Source: an uncultured Gemmatimonadales bacterium
GTDB lineage: Bacteria; Gemmatimonadota; Gemmatimonadetes; Palauibacterales; Palauibacteraceae
Assembly (NCBI GenBank): GCA_963807645.1
Contig: CAWECO010000005.1
Span: 23,510-87,509, forward strand
DNA length: 64,000 bases
Direction of reading: 5' to 3'
This document shows positions 42,756 to 52,707 of this stretch, one piece after another. The stretch's first letter is position 1. Each line of letters begins with the position of its first letter. The notes beneath the pieces are model-generated. The model ran no database searches, was not told the DNA's origin, and saw only the letters and a list, made by a program, of their open reading frames with translations. Position numbers and translations under genes: made by a program.

Positions 42756-45117
42756 TCAGAAAGCCGCATGCTCCGTCCTCTCGATGATCTCTTCCTGCAG
42801 GGCATCGGACAGGTCGCAGAAATAGTCGCTGTATCCGGCGACCCGCACGATCAGGTCCCGGTGCGAATCGGGGTCGGCCTGCGCCGCCCGCAGGGTGTCC
42901 GCATCCACGACGTTGAACTGGACGTGATGTCCGTCCATCTGGAAGTATCCGCGGACCAGGTGGCGCATTCTCTCGATCCCCTCTTCCCCCTCGATCAGAG
43001 ATGGCGTGAACTTCATGTTCAGCAGCGTTCCGCCGGTCTTGATGTGGTCCATCTTCGCCGCCGACCGGAACACGGCCGTCGGCCCTTTCCGATCGGCGCC
43101 CTGTACCGGAGATATACCCTCCGAGAGGGGGAGTCCGGCCCGTCGGCCGTCCGCGGTCGCCCCGGTGACCGATCCGAAGTACACGTGCGACGTGGTGGGG
43201 AGCATTTCGAGCCGGTGCGCACCGCCGATCGCCGTCGGACGTCCGTCGATGCATTCGAACGTGGCGTCGAAGACGCGCCGCATGATGTCGTCCGCCGCGT
43301 CGTCATCGTTGCCGTACTTGGGCGTCCGATGCAACAGGCGCTGGCGCAGGGCCTCGTGCCCCTCGTAGTCCGCCTGCATGGCCGCCAGCAGCTCGGACAG
43401 GGTGAGCAGGCCGTCCTCGTAGACCACCCGGCGGATCGCCGCCAGGCTGTCGGCGATCGTGCCGATTCCCACGGCCTGGATGAACCGGTTGTTGTAGCGC
43501 GCGCCGCCCGCGTTGTAGTCCAGGCCATTGGCGATGCAGTCGTCCGTGAGCACCGACAAAAAGGGCGCAGGCATTTCCCGGGCGTACATGCGGGCGATCA
43601 CCTGGTTGCCCCGGATCTTCACGTCGACGAAATGGCGCAGCTGTTCCTCGAACGCCTCGAACACGTCTTCGAACGTGTCGAATCCGGACGCCGGGCCGGT
43701 CCGCGGCCCCAGCTGCCGGCCCGTTCGCGGATCGAAGCCCGTCGTGCAGGGCCAGCTCCAGCACCTTCACGAGGTTGAAGTAGCCGGTCAGGATATAGGC
43801 TTCCTTGCCGAACGCTCCGACCTCGACACAGCCGCTGCACCCGCCGGCCCGCGCGTCCTCGATGGTCTTCCCCTGGCGCAGTTGCTCGGCCACGGCCGCG
43901 TCCGCGTTGAACAGGGACGGAAAACCGTAGCCCTTCCGGATGACGCGCAGCGCGTGCTCGAGCACTTCGTCGGGGGTCTCGACCGCCACCTGTACGTTGG
44001 TGCTCGGCTGCAGGAGGTGCATCTCGTCCACGATGTCGAGAAGGATGTGAGACACCTCGTTCGACCCGTCGGAGCCGTCCGCCAGCAACCCGCCGATGTT
44101 GATGTTCGCGAAGTCGGTATACGTGCCGCTTTCCGCGGCCGTGACCCCGACCTTCGGAGGGGCCGTGTGGTTGTTGAACTTGATGAAGAACGCCTCGAGG
44201 AGTTCCCGCGCCGAGTCCCGGGTAAGGCTCCCGTCGGCCAGTCCTCGCTCGTAGAACGGCAGCAGGTGCTGGTCCAGGTGACCGGGGTTGAACGCATCCC
44301 ACCCGTTCAGTTCCGTGATCACGCCGAGGTGGCAGAACCAGTAGTACTGCAGGGCCTCGTGGAAGTCGCGCGGAGCGTGCTCCGGCACGTGCCGGCAGGT
44401 GGCCGCGATCTTCTCCAACGCCGCCCGCTCGGCGGGATCCGATTCGGCTGCGGCCTTCGCTTCCGCGAGTGCCGCGTGCCTGTGGGCGAACCGGATCAGG
44501 GCGTCGCACGAGATCCGCATGGCGTGCAGCGCCTCGCGCCTGTCCTGCGCCATCGAGTCCTCGGCGAAGTCCAATCCGGACAGCGCGGCATCGATGTCGG
44601 CCTGGAAACCCGTCATTCCCTTCGAGTAGATCTTGTCGTCGAGCACGGTGTGGCCGGGGGCTCGCTGTTCCATGAACTCGGTGAACACGCCGGCTTCGTA
44701 CGCTTCGTGCCACTCGCCGGGGAGCGCCTCGAACAGCCGGTCGCGCAACGAGCGGCCGGTCCAGAACGGAATCACGGTCGTCTCGTAGTCGACGATCGCT
44801 TCATCCGATACCGAGTAGCGGGTCATGGGCCGCGAGTCGAGGATCCGCAGATCCTCGATGGAGTGACACGTCAGCTCGGGAAACGTCGGCACGGCCTTGG
44901 GCTCCGGGCCCCGTTCACCGACGATCAGCTCGCCCTCTCCGTGGTACAGCGTCTTGTGCTCGCACAGGTGGAGGAACGTCCGCGCCCGCAGAACCGGCGT
45001 GGACAGTCGGCCGAGGTTCTGCTCGTAGAAGCCGGTGACCAGCACGGCGCGCTCCGCGGAGATGCTCGGCACCGCTTCCAGGCTCTGCCGCCGAAGCCGC
45101 TTGGTTCGATCGGTCAT
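42756..45117 (-). CDS. Glycyl radical enzyme (PFL2/dehydratase-lyase branch, substrate unknown); one frameshift near 43738-43741
   Basis: The N-terminus TDRTKRLRRQSLEAVPSISAERAVLVTGFYE...GELIVGERG is in ORF 43303..45117. The thiyl loop reads GGCSGCVE. The frame switches at HDG/GFDPRTGRQLG on a GGG run. The C-terminal part is ORF 42756..43664, with the Gly-radical motif RVAGYS (Gly codon 42836-42834). Confidence 0.9.
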
Positions 45118-45121
45118 TCCT

Positions 45122-46040
45122 TCATCCTCCGATTACGGTGAGGAGGCCCGCCTCCTCGAAGATCGTGGCAATGTCACGAATGCGCTCTGCCTGGGGCGGA
45201 TCCGCTCGGAACGTGGCCCCCGGCACGCCCACTCGCTCTCTCTTGTCTTCGCCGAGCTCGTGGTAAGGCAGGAGGCTCACCCGCCGAACGCCCGGCAGCG
45301 ACGCGGCGAGCGCCGCCGTCCGGCGCAGATTTTCGGTGTCGTCGTTGACGCCGGGCACGAGCGGAACACGGACCCAGATTTCGGCGTGCACCCGGGCCAG
45401 AGATTCGAGGTTCGCGAGGATCCGGTCGTTCGGCGCTCCGACCCATTCCGCATGCGAGGCTTCGTCAGCGTGCTTGATGTCGAACAGGAAGAGGTCGGCG
45501 AGCCGGGCCGCCCTGAGAAGAACATCGCGATCGACGAGTCCGCAGGTGTCCACCGCCGTGTGGATGCCCCGTGCGTTCAGAGACTCGAGGCAGGCGAACA
45601 CGAACTCCGCCTGACTCAGCGGCTCGCCGCCGGAGAACGTGACGCCGCCCCCCGACTGCTCGTAGAACACGCGGTCGCGTGTCGACCTCGTCTACGAGCT
45701 CCTCGACCGTGATCTCGCTGCCCGCGAGTCTGCGGGCCCCGGTCGGGCAGGCGTCGGCGCACCATCCACAGGCCTCACAACGTTCTCCGGATACGGCCCA
45801 GCCCCCGTCGACTCCCGAGGGAAGACCGTGCGGACACGCATCCACGCAGGCCCCACACGCGATGCAGCGGTCCGGTGTCACCAGGATTTCGGGAGCCGCG
45901 CGCATGCCCTCCGGATTGTGGCACCAGCGGCACGCCAGCGGACATCCCTTGAGAAAGACGGTCGTCCGAATTCCCGGTCCATCGTGCACGCTGAACCGCT
46001 GCACGTCGAAGACGAGTCCCGTGGGAGGAGCCGGACTCAC
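45122..46040 (-). CDS. Glycyl-radical enzyme activating enzyme (radical SAM); one frameshift near 45678-45685
   Basis: [37 protein letters not shown] (CxxxCxxC). Two ferredoxin-type motifs, [11 protein letters not shown] and [11 protein letters not shown]. The C-terminal part is ORF 45122..45670 ([11 protein letters not shown]). GTG 46040 overlaps the GntR stop (GTGA). Confidence 0.9.
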
Positions 46041-46741
46041 GGGGCGCTCGCCATCGCCCGTACCTCGGGATCGTCCATGTGGTAGTAGGCTCGGATGTAG
46101 GGACGCTGGACGTCGAAGGACCAATGCACGTCACGAAGGTAGTCCGCCGCCTCGTCGTGCCTTCCGCGCTCGATCAGCTCGACGATGTGCGCGTGCTCTC
46201 CGGTGGACGTCAGCTCCCACTCGCGGTGGAACTTCCGCTCGCGCGGAAAGTCGTACAGTCGTTGTTTGCAGATGTGCACGGTCCGGAGGAGAAGCGGGTT
46301 GTCCGAGGTGTTCAGGAACACATCGTGAAAGGCGAGGTTCAGGTCGTAGTACGTATCGAAGTCCCCGACCTCGATGGCCTCCACCATGGCCTCGTTGAGC
46401 GCCCGCATGTCTCGCGTTTCATGGTCGTGAACGCGAGCCGTGGCGTGCGTGAGCACGAAGCTCTCGAGGGCCCCGATCACCTGGTACAGATGCCGAATGT
46501 CGTCGAGCTCCAGGCGGCGCACCTTCACGCCCCTGCGCGGAAGCACCGAGACGAATCCTTCCAACTCCAGTTGAATCAGCGCATCGCGCAGGGGCTGGCG
46601 GCTGATTCCGAGCTCGGTGGCCAGCGTCTTCTGGTCGATGAATGACCCCGGCTCGAGGTCTCCGGAGTTGATCGACTGGCGCAGGTGCTCGTACACCTGC
46701 TCGCGCAGTGACTTGAGACGGAGTATTTCCCGTCGTTCCAA
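46037..46741 (-). CDS. GntR family transcriptional regulator (FadR/FCD-type C-terminal domain)
   Basis: The winged HTH reads [60 protein letters not shown]. An all-helical C-terminal domain carries His residues (FCD-like). Confidence 0.9.
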   Translation of the reverse strand: MERREILRLKSLREQVYEHLRQSINSGDLEPGSFIDQKTLATELGISRQPLRDALIQLELEGFVSVLPRRGVKVRRLELDDIRHLYQVIGALESFVLTHATARVHDHETRDMRALNEAMVEAIEVGDFDTYYDLNLAFHDVFLNTSDNPLLLRTVHICKQRLYDFPRERKFHREWELTSTGEHAHIVELIERGRHDEAADYLRDVHWSFDVQRPYIRAYYHMDDPEVRAMASAP

Positions 46742-46802
46742 GGTTTGCTCCGGTCGAAGAGTGTCGCGAGGGGGTGGTTACGCGCGACGGCCTCCCTGAG
46801 GT

Positions 46803-46821
46803 CTGATATATTAGATATCAG
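46803..46821. promoter_or_regulatory. AT-rich inverted repeat CTGATAT-N5-ATATCAG upstream of the GntR/GRE operon; candidate operator
   Basis: CTGATAT (46803-46809) and ATATCAG (46815-46821) are exact reverse complements. They lie 62 nt upstream of the GntR ATG (46741) in the divergent intergenic region. The element is strikingly AT-rich for this genome. Confidence 0.45.
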
Positions 46822-46937
46822 CGCCCTGAATAGCAACGACGAGCGGGACGACTCCGAGTACTGCGGACCCGGAGGGCATCGCCTGCCGGCGTCTGCTCAC
46901 TTCCCGGCCCCACGCGCCCGTGTTATCGTCCGCCGCC

Positions 46938-47735
46938 ATGAGCAGCCCACCGCCCGTCCGCCTTCGAACCATCGCCCTGCCCGTGGAGCACGGAGGATGG
47001 GGGTTCCTGGCGGAACCTCTCGTTCTCGGGCTCGCGCTGGCACCCTCGTGGGCCGGCCTCGCGATCGCGCTCGGGACGCTGGCGGCCTTCCTGATGCGCC
47101 ACCCCGCGAAGCTCTACTGGAGGAACCGGAACCGGCTCGACCTCTCTCCTCGATTCCGGATCGCCCGACGCTTTGCGGTCTTGTACGCCGCCCTCGCCGC
47201 GACTGCCTTTTCCGCCGCCCTGGCGCTGGCCGGGTGGCGGCCCCTGCTGCCGTACCTGATGCTCGCCCCGCTTCTCGCCGTGTACGGAGCGTTCGATGTG
47301 CAGAACCAGGCTCGCCGCCTGCTGCCCGAGCTCACGGCCCCAATGGGCCTGGCGGCCTCGGCGCCGGCCATCGCCCTCGCCGGGGGGTGGGAGTGGACCG
47401 GAGCGTGGGTGCTGTGGATTCTCCTCCAGGCCCGCGCCATTCCATCGATCCTGTACGTGAGGGCCCGACTGCGGCTCGAGCGCGGAAACGACATCGACCG
47501 CCGACCGTCGTCGCTGTCCCATGTCGCGGCGGTCGTGCTCGGCGTCGCCCTGTGGAGTGCCGGCCTCGGCCCGCTGCTCGCCGCCGCCGCGCTGGTCGTG
47601 CTGCTCGTGCGAGCCGTTCGCGGTCTATCGGCCAGCCGCCGCCCGGCGAAAGCGAAGGAGGTCGGCTTCTCGGAGCTCGCATTCGGGCTCGGCTACGTGC
47701 TCGCGACGGTCTTCGGCTACCGGCTGGGGCTCTAG
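46938..47735 (+). CDS. YwiC-like family membrane protein
   Basis: ALPVEHGGWGFLAEPLVLG plus ~8 hydrophobic helices. The stop TAG abuts the ATG of the downstream SSS gene (TAGATG at 47733-47738). Confidence 0.65.
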   Translation: MSSPPPVRLRTIALPVEHGGWGFLAEPLVLGLALAPSWAGLAIALGTLAAFLMRHPAKLYWRNRNRLDLSPRFRIARRFAVLYAALAATAFSAALALAGWRPLLPYLMLAPLLAVYGAFDVQNQARRLLPELTAPMGLAASAPAIALAGGWEWTGAWVLWILLQARAIPSILYVRARLRLERGNDIDRRPSSLSHVAAVVLGVALWSAGLGPLLAAAALVVLLVRAVRGLSASRRPAKAKEVGFSELAFGLGYVLATVFGYRLGL

Positions 47736-49160
47736 ATGTCCGCGGCCGTGATCGACTGGGCGGTGGTCCTGGCGTACTTCGCCGGCACGATCTGGCTCGG
47801 TAACCGCCTGGGACGGGGGCAGCGGGACCTGGAGGACTACTTCCTGGCGGGTCGCCGCACGCCGTGGTTCGCCGCCTCCCTTTCGATCGTCGGCACCGAG
47901 ACGTCCACGCTCACGTTCGTGGGCGTGCCCGCGATCGCCTACACCGGAAACCTGGGCTTTCTCCAGGTGGCCGCCGGGTACGTGTTGGGGCGTCTTCTCG
48001 TGGCCTGGTGGCTGGTCCCGGCGTACTTCGAGGGCAGGATCCACACCGCCTACGAACTCCTCGCGCATCGCTTCGGGGACCGCGTAAGGCGGTTTTCTTC
48101 GGCCATCTTTCTCGTGTCGCGTGTGCTCGCCGATGGCGTCCGGCTGTTCGCGACGGCGCTGGTGCTCCAGGCCCTGCTCCCGATGCCGCTTCCGGTGGCG
48201 ATCCTCCTCGTCACCGGCGTCACGCTCTACTACACGATGCGCGGCGGCCTGCGGGCCGTCATCTGGAACGACGCGGTCCAGCTGGTGGTGTACGTCGGCG
48301 GCGCGGCGCTGGCGGCCTGGATCCTGTTGCGAGCGCTACCCGGCGGTTGGCCCGGAGCGCTCCCGGAGCTCCGGGCGGCCGGCAAGCTCGGCGTCTTCGA
48401 CTTCGGCTGGAACTGGGCCCGCCCCTACACGTTCTGGGCTGGAATCCTGGGCGGCGCGGTCCTCACCATGGCGACCCATGGGACCGATCAGATGTTCGTG
48501 CAGCGCCTGCTGGCCTGCCGTTCGGCCACCGACGCCCGGAAGGCCGTGGTGACGAGCGGGATCCTCGTGTTCGGGCAGATGGCCCTCTTCCTGATCATCG
48601 GATCCCTGCTCTTCGCCTTCTACGCCGAGTTTCCGCCGTCGACGCCCTTCGAGTCGGCGGACCAGGTGTTCGCTCGCTTCATCGCGACCGAAATGCCCGT
48701 CGGGCTGGGCGGCCTCGTGATCGCGGCCGTGTTCGCGGCGGCGATGTCCACCCTGTCCTCCTCCATGAGCTCGCTGGCCTCCGCATCGACGTTCGATTTT
48801 GGTCGCGGCCGGACTCGATCGGACGAGTCGGCGCTGAGAGCCTCCCGAATTCTCACCGCCGGCTGGGCCGTGGCCCTGGCCGGGGTAGCCGTGCTGGCCC
48901 GGGCCTGGGGCTCCGTGCTCGAGGCGGGACTCACCATTACGTCGATCACGTTCGGACCGGTCCTCGGGGTCTTCGGGCTCGCGGCCGCCGGACGCCAGAT
49001 TCGAGAGTTGCACGTGATCGTCGCCATGGGAGCGGGACTCGTGTTTGCGGCCGCGGCTCACCTGTTCACACCTCTCGCGTGGACGTGGCTCACGCCTCTC
49101 GGCGCGGTCGTCACGTTTGGACTCGGATGGGTTCTGAGCGAGCGGACCAGGCACCAATAG
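47736..49160 (+). CDS. Sodium:solute symporter (SSS) family transporter
   Basis: Intact 474-aa ORF. DYFLAGRRTPWFAASLSIVGTETSTLTFVGVPAIAY is SSS-typical. About 13 TM helices by eye. Confidence 0.9.
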   Translation: MSAAVIDWAVVLAYFAGTIWLGNRLGRGQRDLEDYFLAGRRTPWFAASLSIVGTETSTLTFVGVPAIAYTGNLGFLQVAAGYVLGRLLVAWWLVPAYFEGRIHTAYELLAHRFGDRVRRFSSAIFLVSRVLADGVRLFATALVLQALLPMPLPVAILLVTGVTLYYTMRGGLRAVIWNDAVQLVVYVGGAALAAWILLRALPGGWPGALPELRAAGKLGVFDFGWNWARPYTFWAGILGGAVLTMATHGTDQMFVQRLLACRSATDARKAVVTSGILVFGQMALFLIIGSLLFAFYAEFPPSTPFESADQVFARFIATEMPVGLGGLVIAAVFAAAMSTLSSSMSSLASASTFDFGRGRTRSDESALRASRILTAGWAVALAGVAVLARAWGSVLEAGLTITSITFGPVLGVFGLAAAGRQIRELHVIVAMGAGLVFAAAAHLFTPLAWTWLTPLGAVVTFGLGWVLSERTRHQ

Positions 49161-49161
49161 A

Positions 49162-49192
49162 GACGGGGAGACGGACATCCCGTCTCCCCGTC
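49162..49192. terminator. Perfect 13-bp stem hairpin between convergent genes (bidirectional terminator candidate)
   Basis: GACGGGGAGACGG (49162-49174), loop ACATC, CCGTCTCCCCGTC (49180-49192). It starts 2 nt after the SSS stop and lies 44 nt from the lectin gene stop. Confidence 0.6.
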
Positions 49193-49235
49193 AGGGGCTT
49201 ACACCGCTCCGCAGGGCGATCACCCCGGTCCAGCG

Positions 49236-50216
49236 TTACTTCACGGCTACTTCGTCCACTCCCGAGAACTCGACCCCGTCGGTCGTCGTGCCATGGAGGA
49301 TGAGCTCGGTCGTCTCCGCGGTCAGGCCGGCCGCTACGAGGTCCTGCGTGTTGAAGTGGAACAGGGCGTCGGCCAGGCCGTCCTCGTCGAGGTCCGGCCA
49401 CGCGACCATCAGCTTGCCGTGCTTGTTTCCGGCCACGGGCGCGTCCGGATCCGAACCGTCTCCCAGGGTGACCGTCGTCGGATCGATCGTGGTGGCATCG
49501 AACTCGTCGGCGACCGACAGGACCGCCGCCGCGATCTTGCCCCGGCTCTTCAGGTTGATGTTCCGGGGCCCTTCGCCCTGCGTGAGTTTCAGCATGACGT
49601 CGATCAGGGCATCCTCGGTGCAGTCGCCCTCGAATTCCACGACGTAACCCGGCGCGGTCTCCGCCTGGTTGAGGTCGGCCCAACCGATCACACCACCGAA
49701 ACCGCCGTCGCTCACCGACGCGAAGTGAATGGCGTCTTCGTCGGCCAAGACACCGCCGTCATCCGGCTGCAGATCAGCCCAGTCGGCGAACTCGAACGCC
49801 TCCCCCGAGACCCAGAGCCATCCGGCATCGGCCGGAGTCGTGCCCGGCGGTTGGTATCCACCGATCCAGTATCCGGGACCGATGACCGGAACAACGTTCG
49901 GGAAGTTCGACAGGATGAAGTCGTTCTCCTCGGCCGACGTGACCGAAGCCAGGTAGCCCTGGCAGCTGCCGGAGCTCATGCCTTCGGCGGCTGTCCTGGC
50001 GTCGGTCCAGTTGATCCCGCCGACATCAGCTTCGACGGCGTCGTACAGGTGGCCGCTCGCCTCGTCCAGGACGGGTACGGCGCCGAGCACGGGGGCCGTC
50101 ACCGACAGGCTACCGTCAGGGCCAGCGCCCGTCGCACCCGGATCCACAGGCGCGGAATCGCATGCTGCGAGCGCGATGATACAGAGTCCGGCAGTACTCC
50201 AACGAAGGTGCTTCAT
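49236..50216 (-). CDS. Lipoprotein with a C-type lectin-like domain and a C-terminal beta-rich domain
   Basis: ATG 50216 gives MKHLRWSTAGLCIIALAAC (lipobox). The CTLD-like pattern reads WTDARTAAEGMSSGSCQGYLASVTSAEENDF...YWIGG...GWLWVSGEAFEFADW. Confidence 0.7.
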   Translation of the reverse strand: MKHLRWSTAGLCIIALAACDSAPVDPGATGAGPDGSLSVTAPVLGAVPVLDEASGHLYDAVEADVGGINWTDARTAAEGMSSGSCQGYLASVTSAEENDFILSNFPNVVPVIGPGYWIGGYQPPGTTPADAGWLWVSGEAFEFADWADLQPDDGGVLADEDAIHFASVSDGGFGGVIGWADLNQAETAPGYVVEFEGDCTEDALIDVMLKLTQGEGPRNINLKSRGKIAAAVLSVADEFDATTIDPTTVTLGDGSDPDAPVAGNKHGKLMVAWPDLDEDGLADALFHFNTQDLVAAGLTAETTELILHGTTTDGVEFSGVDEVAVK

Positions 50217-50439
50217 GTGGATAGCCTCGCATTTGAGGTCTCTCTCGAATGATCGCGAAGGCCCAGGGTTGCAATGCGCGTTCCGAAATGCGGGTGATGT
50301 ATCGAGGCTCGTAATTCGATTGCGCAATGGTGATTTACGGAGTTACGAGACATCCTGTCGCGTGCCACGGGGCACGGCGGTACGGCGAGGCAGTGTCATG
50401 GATGGGAAATCTTTGCGCAGGCCTGGGGTTCCGTGCCAC

Positions 50440-51984
50440 TCAGAGTTGGCTGACGAGTTCCTGGAACCGCGGGTGTTCGCGCAGGGTGTCGAGGTCGGGA
50501 TCCTGTTCGATCCAGTCACGGTGCCCGAATCCCGACGCGACGGCGCTCTCCAGGCAGTCGATGGCCCGGTCCGTCTGATCTTCGAGGGAATACAGGCACG
50601 CCACGTTGTACTGCACCCCGGCGTCGGCGGGATCGATCTCGAGCGCCCGCTCCGCCCAGACCAGGCCGGCTTCCCGATCGCCGGTGCGACAGAGCGAGAC
50701 CGCCCGCATCGTGGCGGCACGCGGGTCATCCGGATTCAGTTCCATGTGCTTCTCGGCCACCTCCAGCGCCTTCGTGTAGCCGACCGCCGCCTGGTTCTCG
50801 CGACCCAGGGCCTCGAGGGCCTGGGCCGCAAAGAAGGCCGCCTGGTAATCCTCTCGAACGTCCGCCGCCTCCTGGAACAGGCGCGCCGCGTCCTCCAGAC
50901 GTCCCTGGGCGAAGCAGGCCCGCGCATAGAAGTAGCGGGCTTCGAACTGGGAAGGGTTGATCGCGAGCGCGGCCTGGAACTCGGCCTCCGCGTCCTCGAA
51001 CTGCTTCCGCTGGAGCAGGGCGAACCCACGGGCGCCGTGCGCCTCGGAGAGGTCGGGATCCAACTGGAGCGCCCGCAGGCTGGCCTCTTCGGCCTGACCC
51101 AGGTCGGCTCCCGTACCCGGATAGTACATGTTGGTGAGCGAAATGCAGTCCGAGATGCCCGCCCACGCGAGAGCGAAGTCGGGATCCTCGGCCACGGCAC
51201 GCTCGAACATCTGCCGCGCGTACTGCAGGCTCTTTCGTCGACTTTGCCGGAAGAACTGGCGGCCCCGCAGGTAGTACTCGTAGGCTTTGACGTTGTCCGT
51301 CGGGTTCCGGGCCAGCGCCGCGACCTCCTCGGGCTTCAGGATGCCTCGCAGGGACTCGACCACGTTCGCCGCGATCTCGTCCTCGATATCGAACACGTCC
51401 TTCATCTCGCGGTCATAGCGCTCGGACCACAGGTGATACCCGGTCGCCACCTCGACGAGCTGAGTCGTGACCCGGAGCCGATCGCCCGACCGCTGGACGC
51501 TGCCCTCGAGAACGGCTCCGGCTCCGAGATCGCGGCCGATGGTTCTCACGTCACCCGGCTTGCCCTTGTACGCGAACGCGGAGGTTCGCGCCACGACCTG
51601 CAGGCCCTCCATGTGCGCGAGCTCGTTGGTGATCTCTTCGCAGATTCCGTCGCTCAGGTACTCGTCATCGGCGTTCGCGCTGAGATTCGCGAACGGGAGG
51701 ACCAGGATGTCGGTAGGTTTCGCCGCCGGGGTCGCAACCGGGGTTCCGCGACCCGGAGTGCGGCGGCGGCGATCGGGGTGGCCGAAGCGCCAGGCGGCGA
51801 CGGCCACGATGGGAAGGAAGACGATCCAGGTGGCTACGACCAGGTCCGACACACCATTCGAGAGGGCGAAGCGATCCGTGGCCCAGTCGGTGAACTCGAG
51901 AAGGCCCCAGCCGGCGGCCAGGTATACGCCGACGACCTGCGGAACGCCACGTCGCAGCAGTTCGCTCACGATTTTACCGGTCAT
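50440..51984 (-). CDS. Membrane-anchored TolB_N-like domain + TPR-repeat protein
   Basis: ATG 51984 follows GGAGGAG. An N-terminal TM segment is followed by ILVLPFANLSANADDEYLSDGICEEITNELA...GSVQRSGDRLRVTTQLV. Multiple TPR-like repeats then run to the C-terminus. Confidence 0.75.
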   Translation of the reverse strand: MTGKIVSELLRRGVPQVVGVYLAAGWGLLEFTDWATDRFALSNGVSDLVVATWIVFLPIVAVAAWRFGHPDRRRRTPGRGTPVATPAAKPTDILVLPFANLSANADDEYLSDGICEEITNELAHMEGLQVVARTSAFAYKGKPGDVRTIGRDLGAGAVLEGSVQRSGDRLRVTTQLVEVATGYHLWSERYDREMKDVFDIEDEIAANVVESLRGILKPEEVAALARNPTDNVKAYEYYLRGRQFFRQSRRKSLQYARQMFERAVAEDPDFALAWAGISDCISLTNMYYPGTGADLGQAEEASLRALQLDPDLSEAHGARGFALLQRKQFEDAEAEFQAALAINPSQFEARYFYARACFAQGRLEDAARLFQEAADVREDYQAAFFAAQALEALGRENQAAVGYTKALEVAEKHMELNPDDPRAATMRAVSLCRTGDREAGLVWAERALEIDPADAGVQYNVACLYSLEDQTDRAIDCLESAVASGFGHRDWIEQDPDLDTLREHPRFQELVSQL

Positions 51985-52093
51985 CGGCTCCTCCGGCGCG
52001 AGGCGTCGGGCCGCGGACGCCGACCTTGGGCTGCGCATGCCTGTAGATACCCTGGAAGAGCGAAAAGTTCGCCCTTCCCGGGGCCGGTCTTCC

Positions 52094-52684
52094 TTAGCCG
52101 ACGGGCACCCCGAACAGGGCCTTGAACTGCCACGACCGGTTGCGGGAGGCCGAGCCGTCGAAAACATCCGAAATGCCGATCGAATAGCGGCCGTCCAGGC
52201 CGAAGTACTTGCCGCCCGCACTCCGGAACGCGAAGGCGAGGCCGACGGGCCACGTCCACTCCGTGCCCTTGGCGCGATCGCAGGCATCACTGAGGGGCGA
52301 GCCGCCATTCTCGCTGCAGCTCACTCTGAAGCCGATCCCGATCCCCGTATAGAAATTGAAGTTGAGGTCGTCGTTGTCGGTCGGAATGACAGCCCCGAGG
52401 AGAAACGGCACGTCGAGATAGGCGAGGTCGGCGAGGTCCCGGCCGCCCTTCTGCACGTAGTTGGCCTCCAGGCCGACCAGGCTGTTCCGGCCCGTGCGGA
52501 ACATCCCGAAGATCCCGCCGATGAAACCCCACTGGGACGAGGTGTTGATGATTCCGCCCTGGATGTCGCTCGTGGTGGCACCGGCCGAGACTCCGACGAT
52601 CGTCCGGGTGCGCTGCCCGGAGGCGGGAGTCGCCACGATCAGGCCCAGTGCCAGCACGAGCAGGCTCACGCGAAAACGGCTCAT
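52094..52684 (-). CDS. Outer-membrane beta-barrel protein (small porin/OmpA-like barrel family)
   Basis: Signal peptide MSRFRVSLLVLALGLIVATPASGQ. Alternating hydrophobic beta-strand pattern. The C-terminus reads WQFKALFGVPVG. Confidence 0.7.
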   Translation of the reverse strand: MSRFRVSLLVLALGLIVATPASGQRTRTIVGVSAGATTSDIQGGIINTSSQWGFIGGIFGMFRTGRNSLVGLEANYVQKGGRDLADLAYLDVPFLLGAVIPTDNDDLNFNFYTGIGIGFRVSCSENGGSPLSDACDRAKGTEWTWPVGLAFAFRSAGGKYFGLDGRYSIGISDVFDGSASRNRSWQFKALFGVPVG

Positions 52685-52707
52685 ACAGAAACTCCTTCAG
52701 GGTTCAG

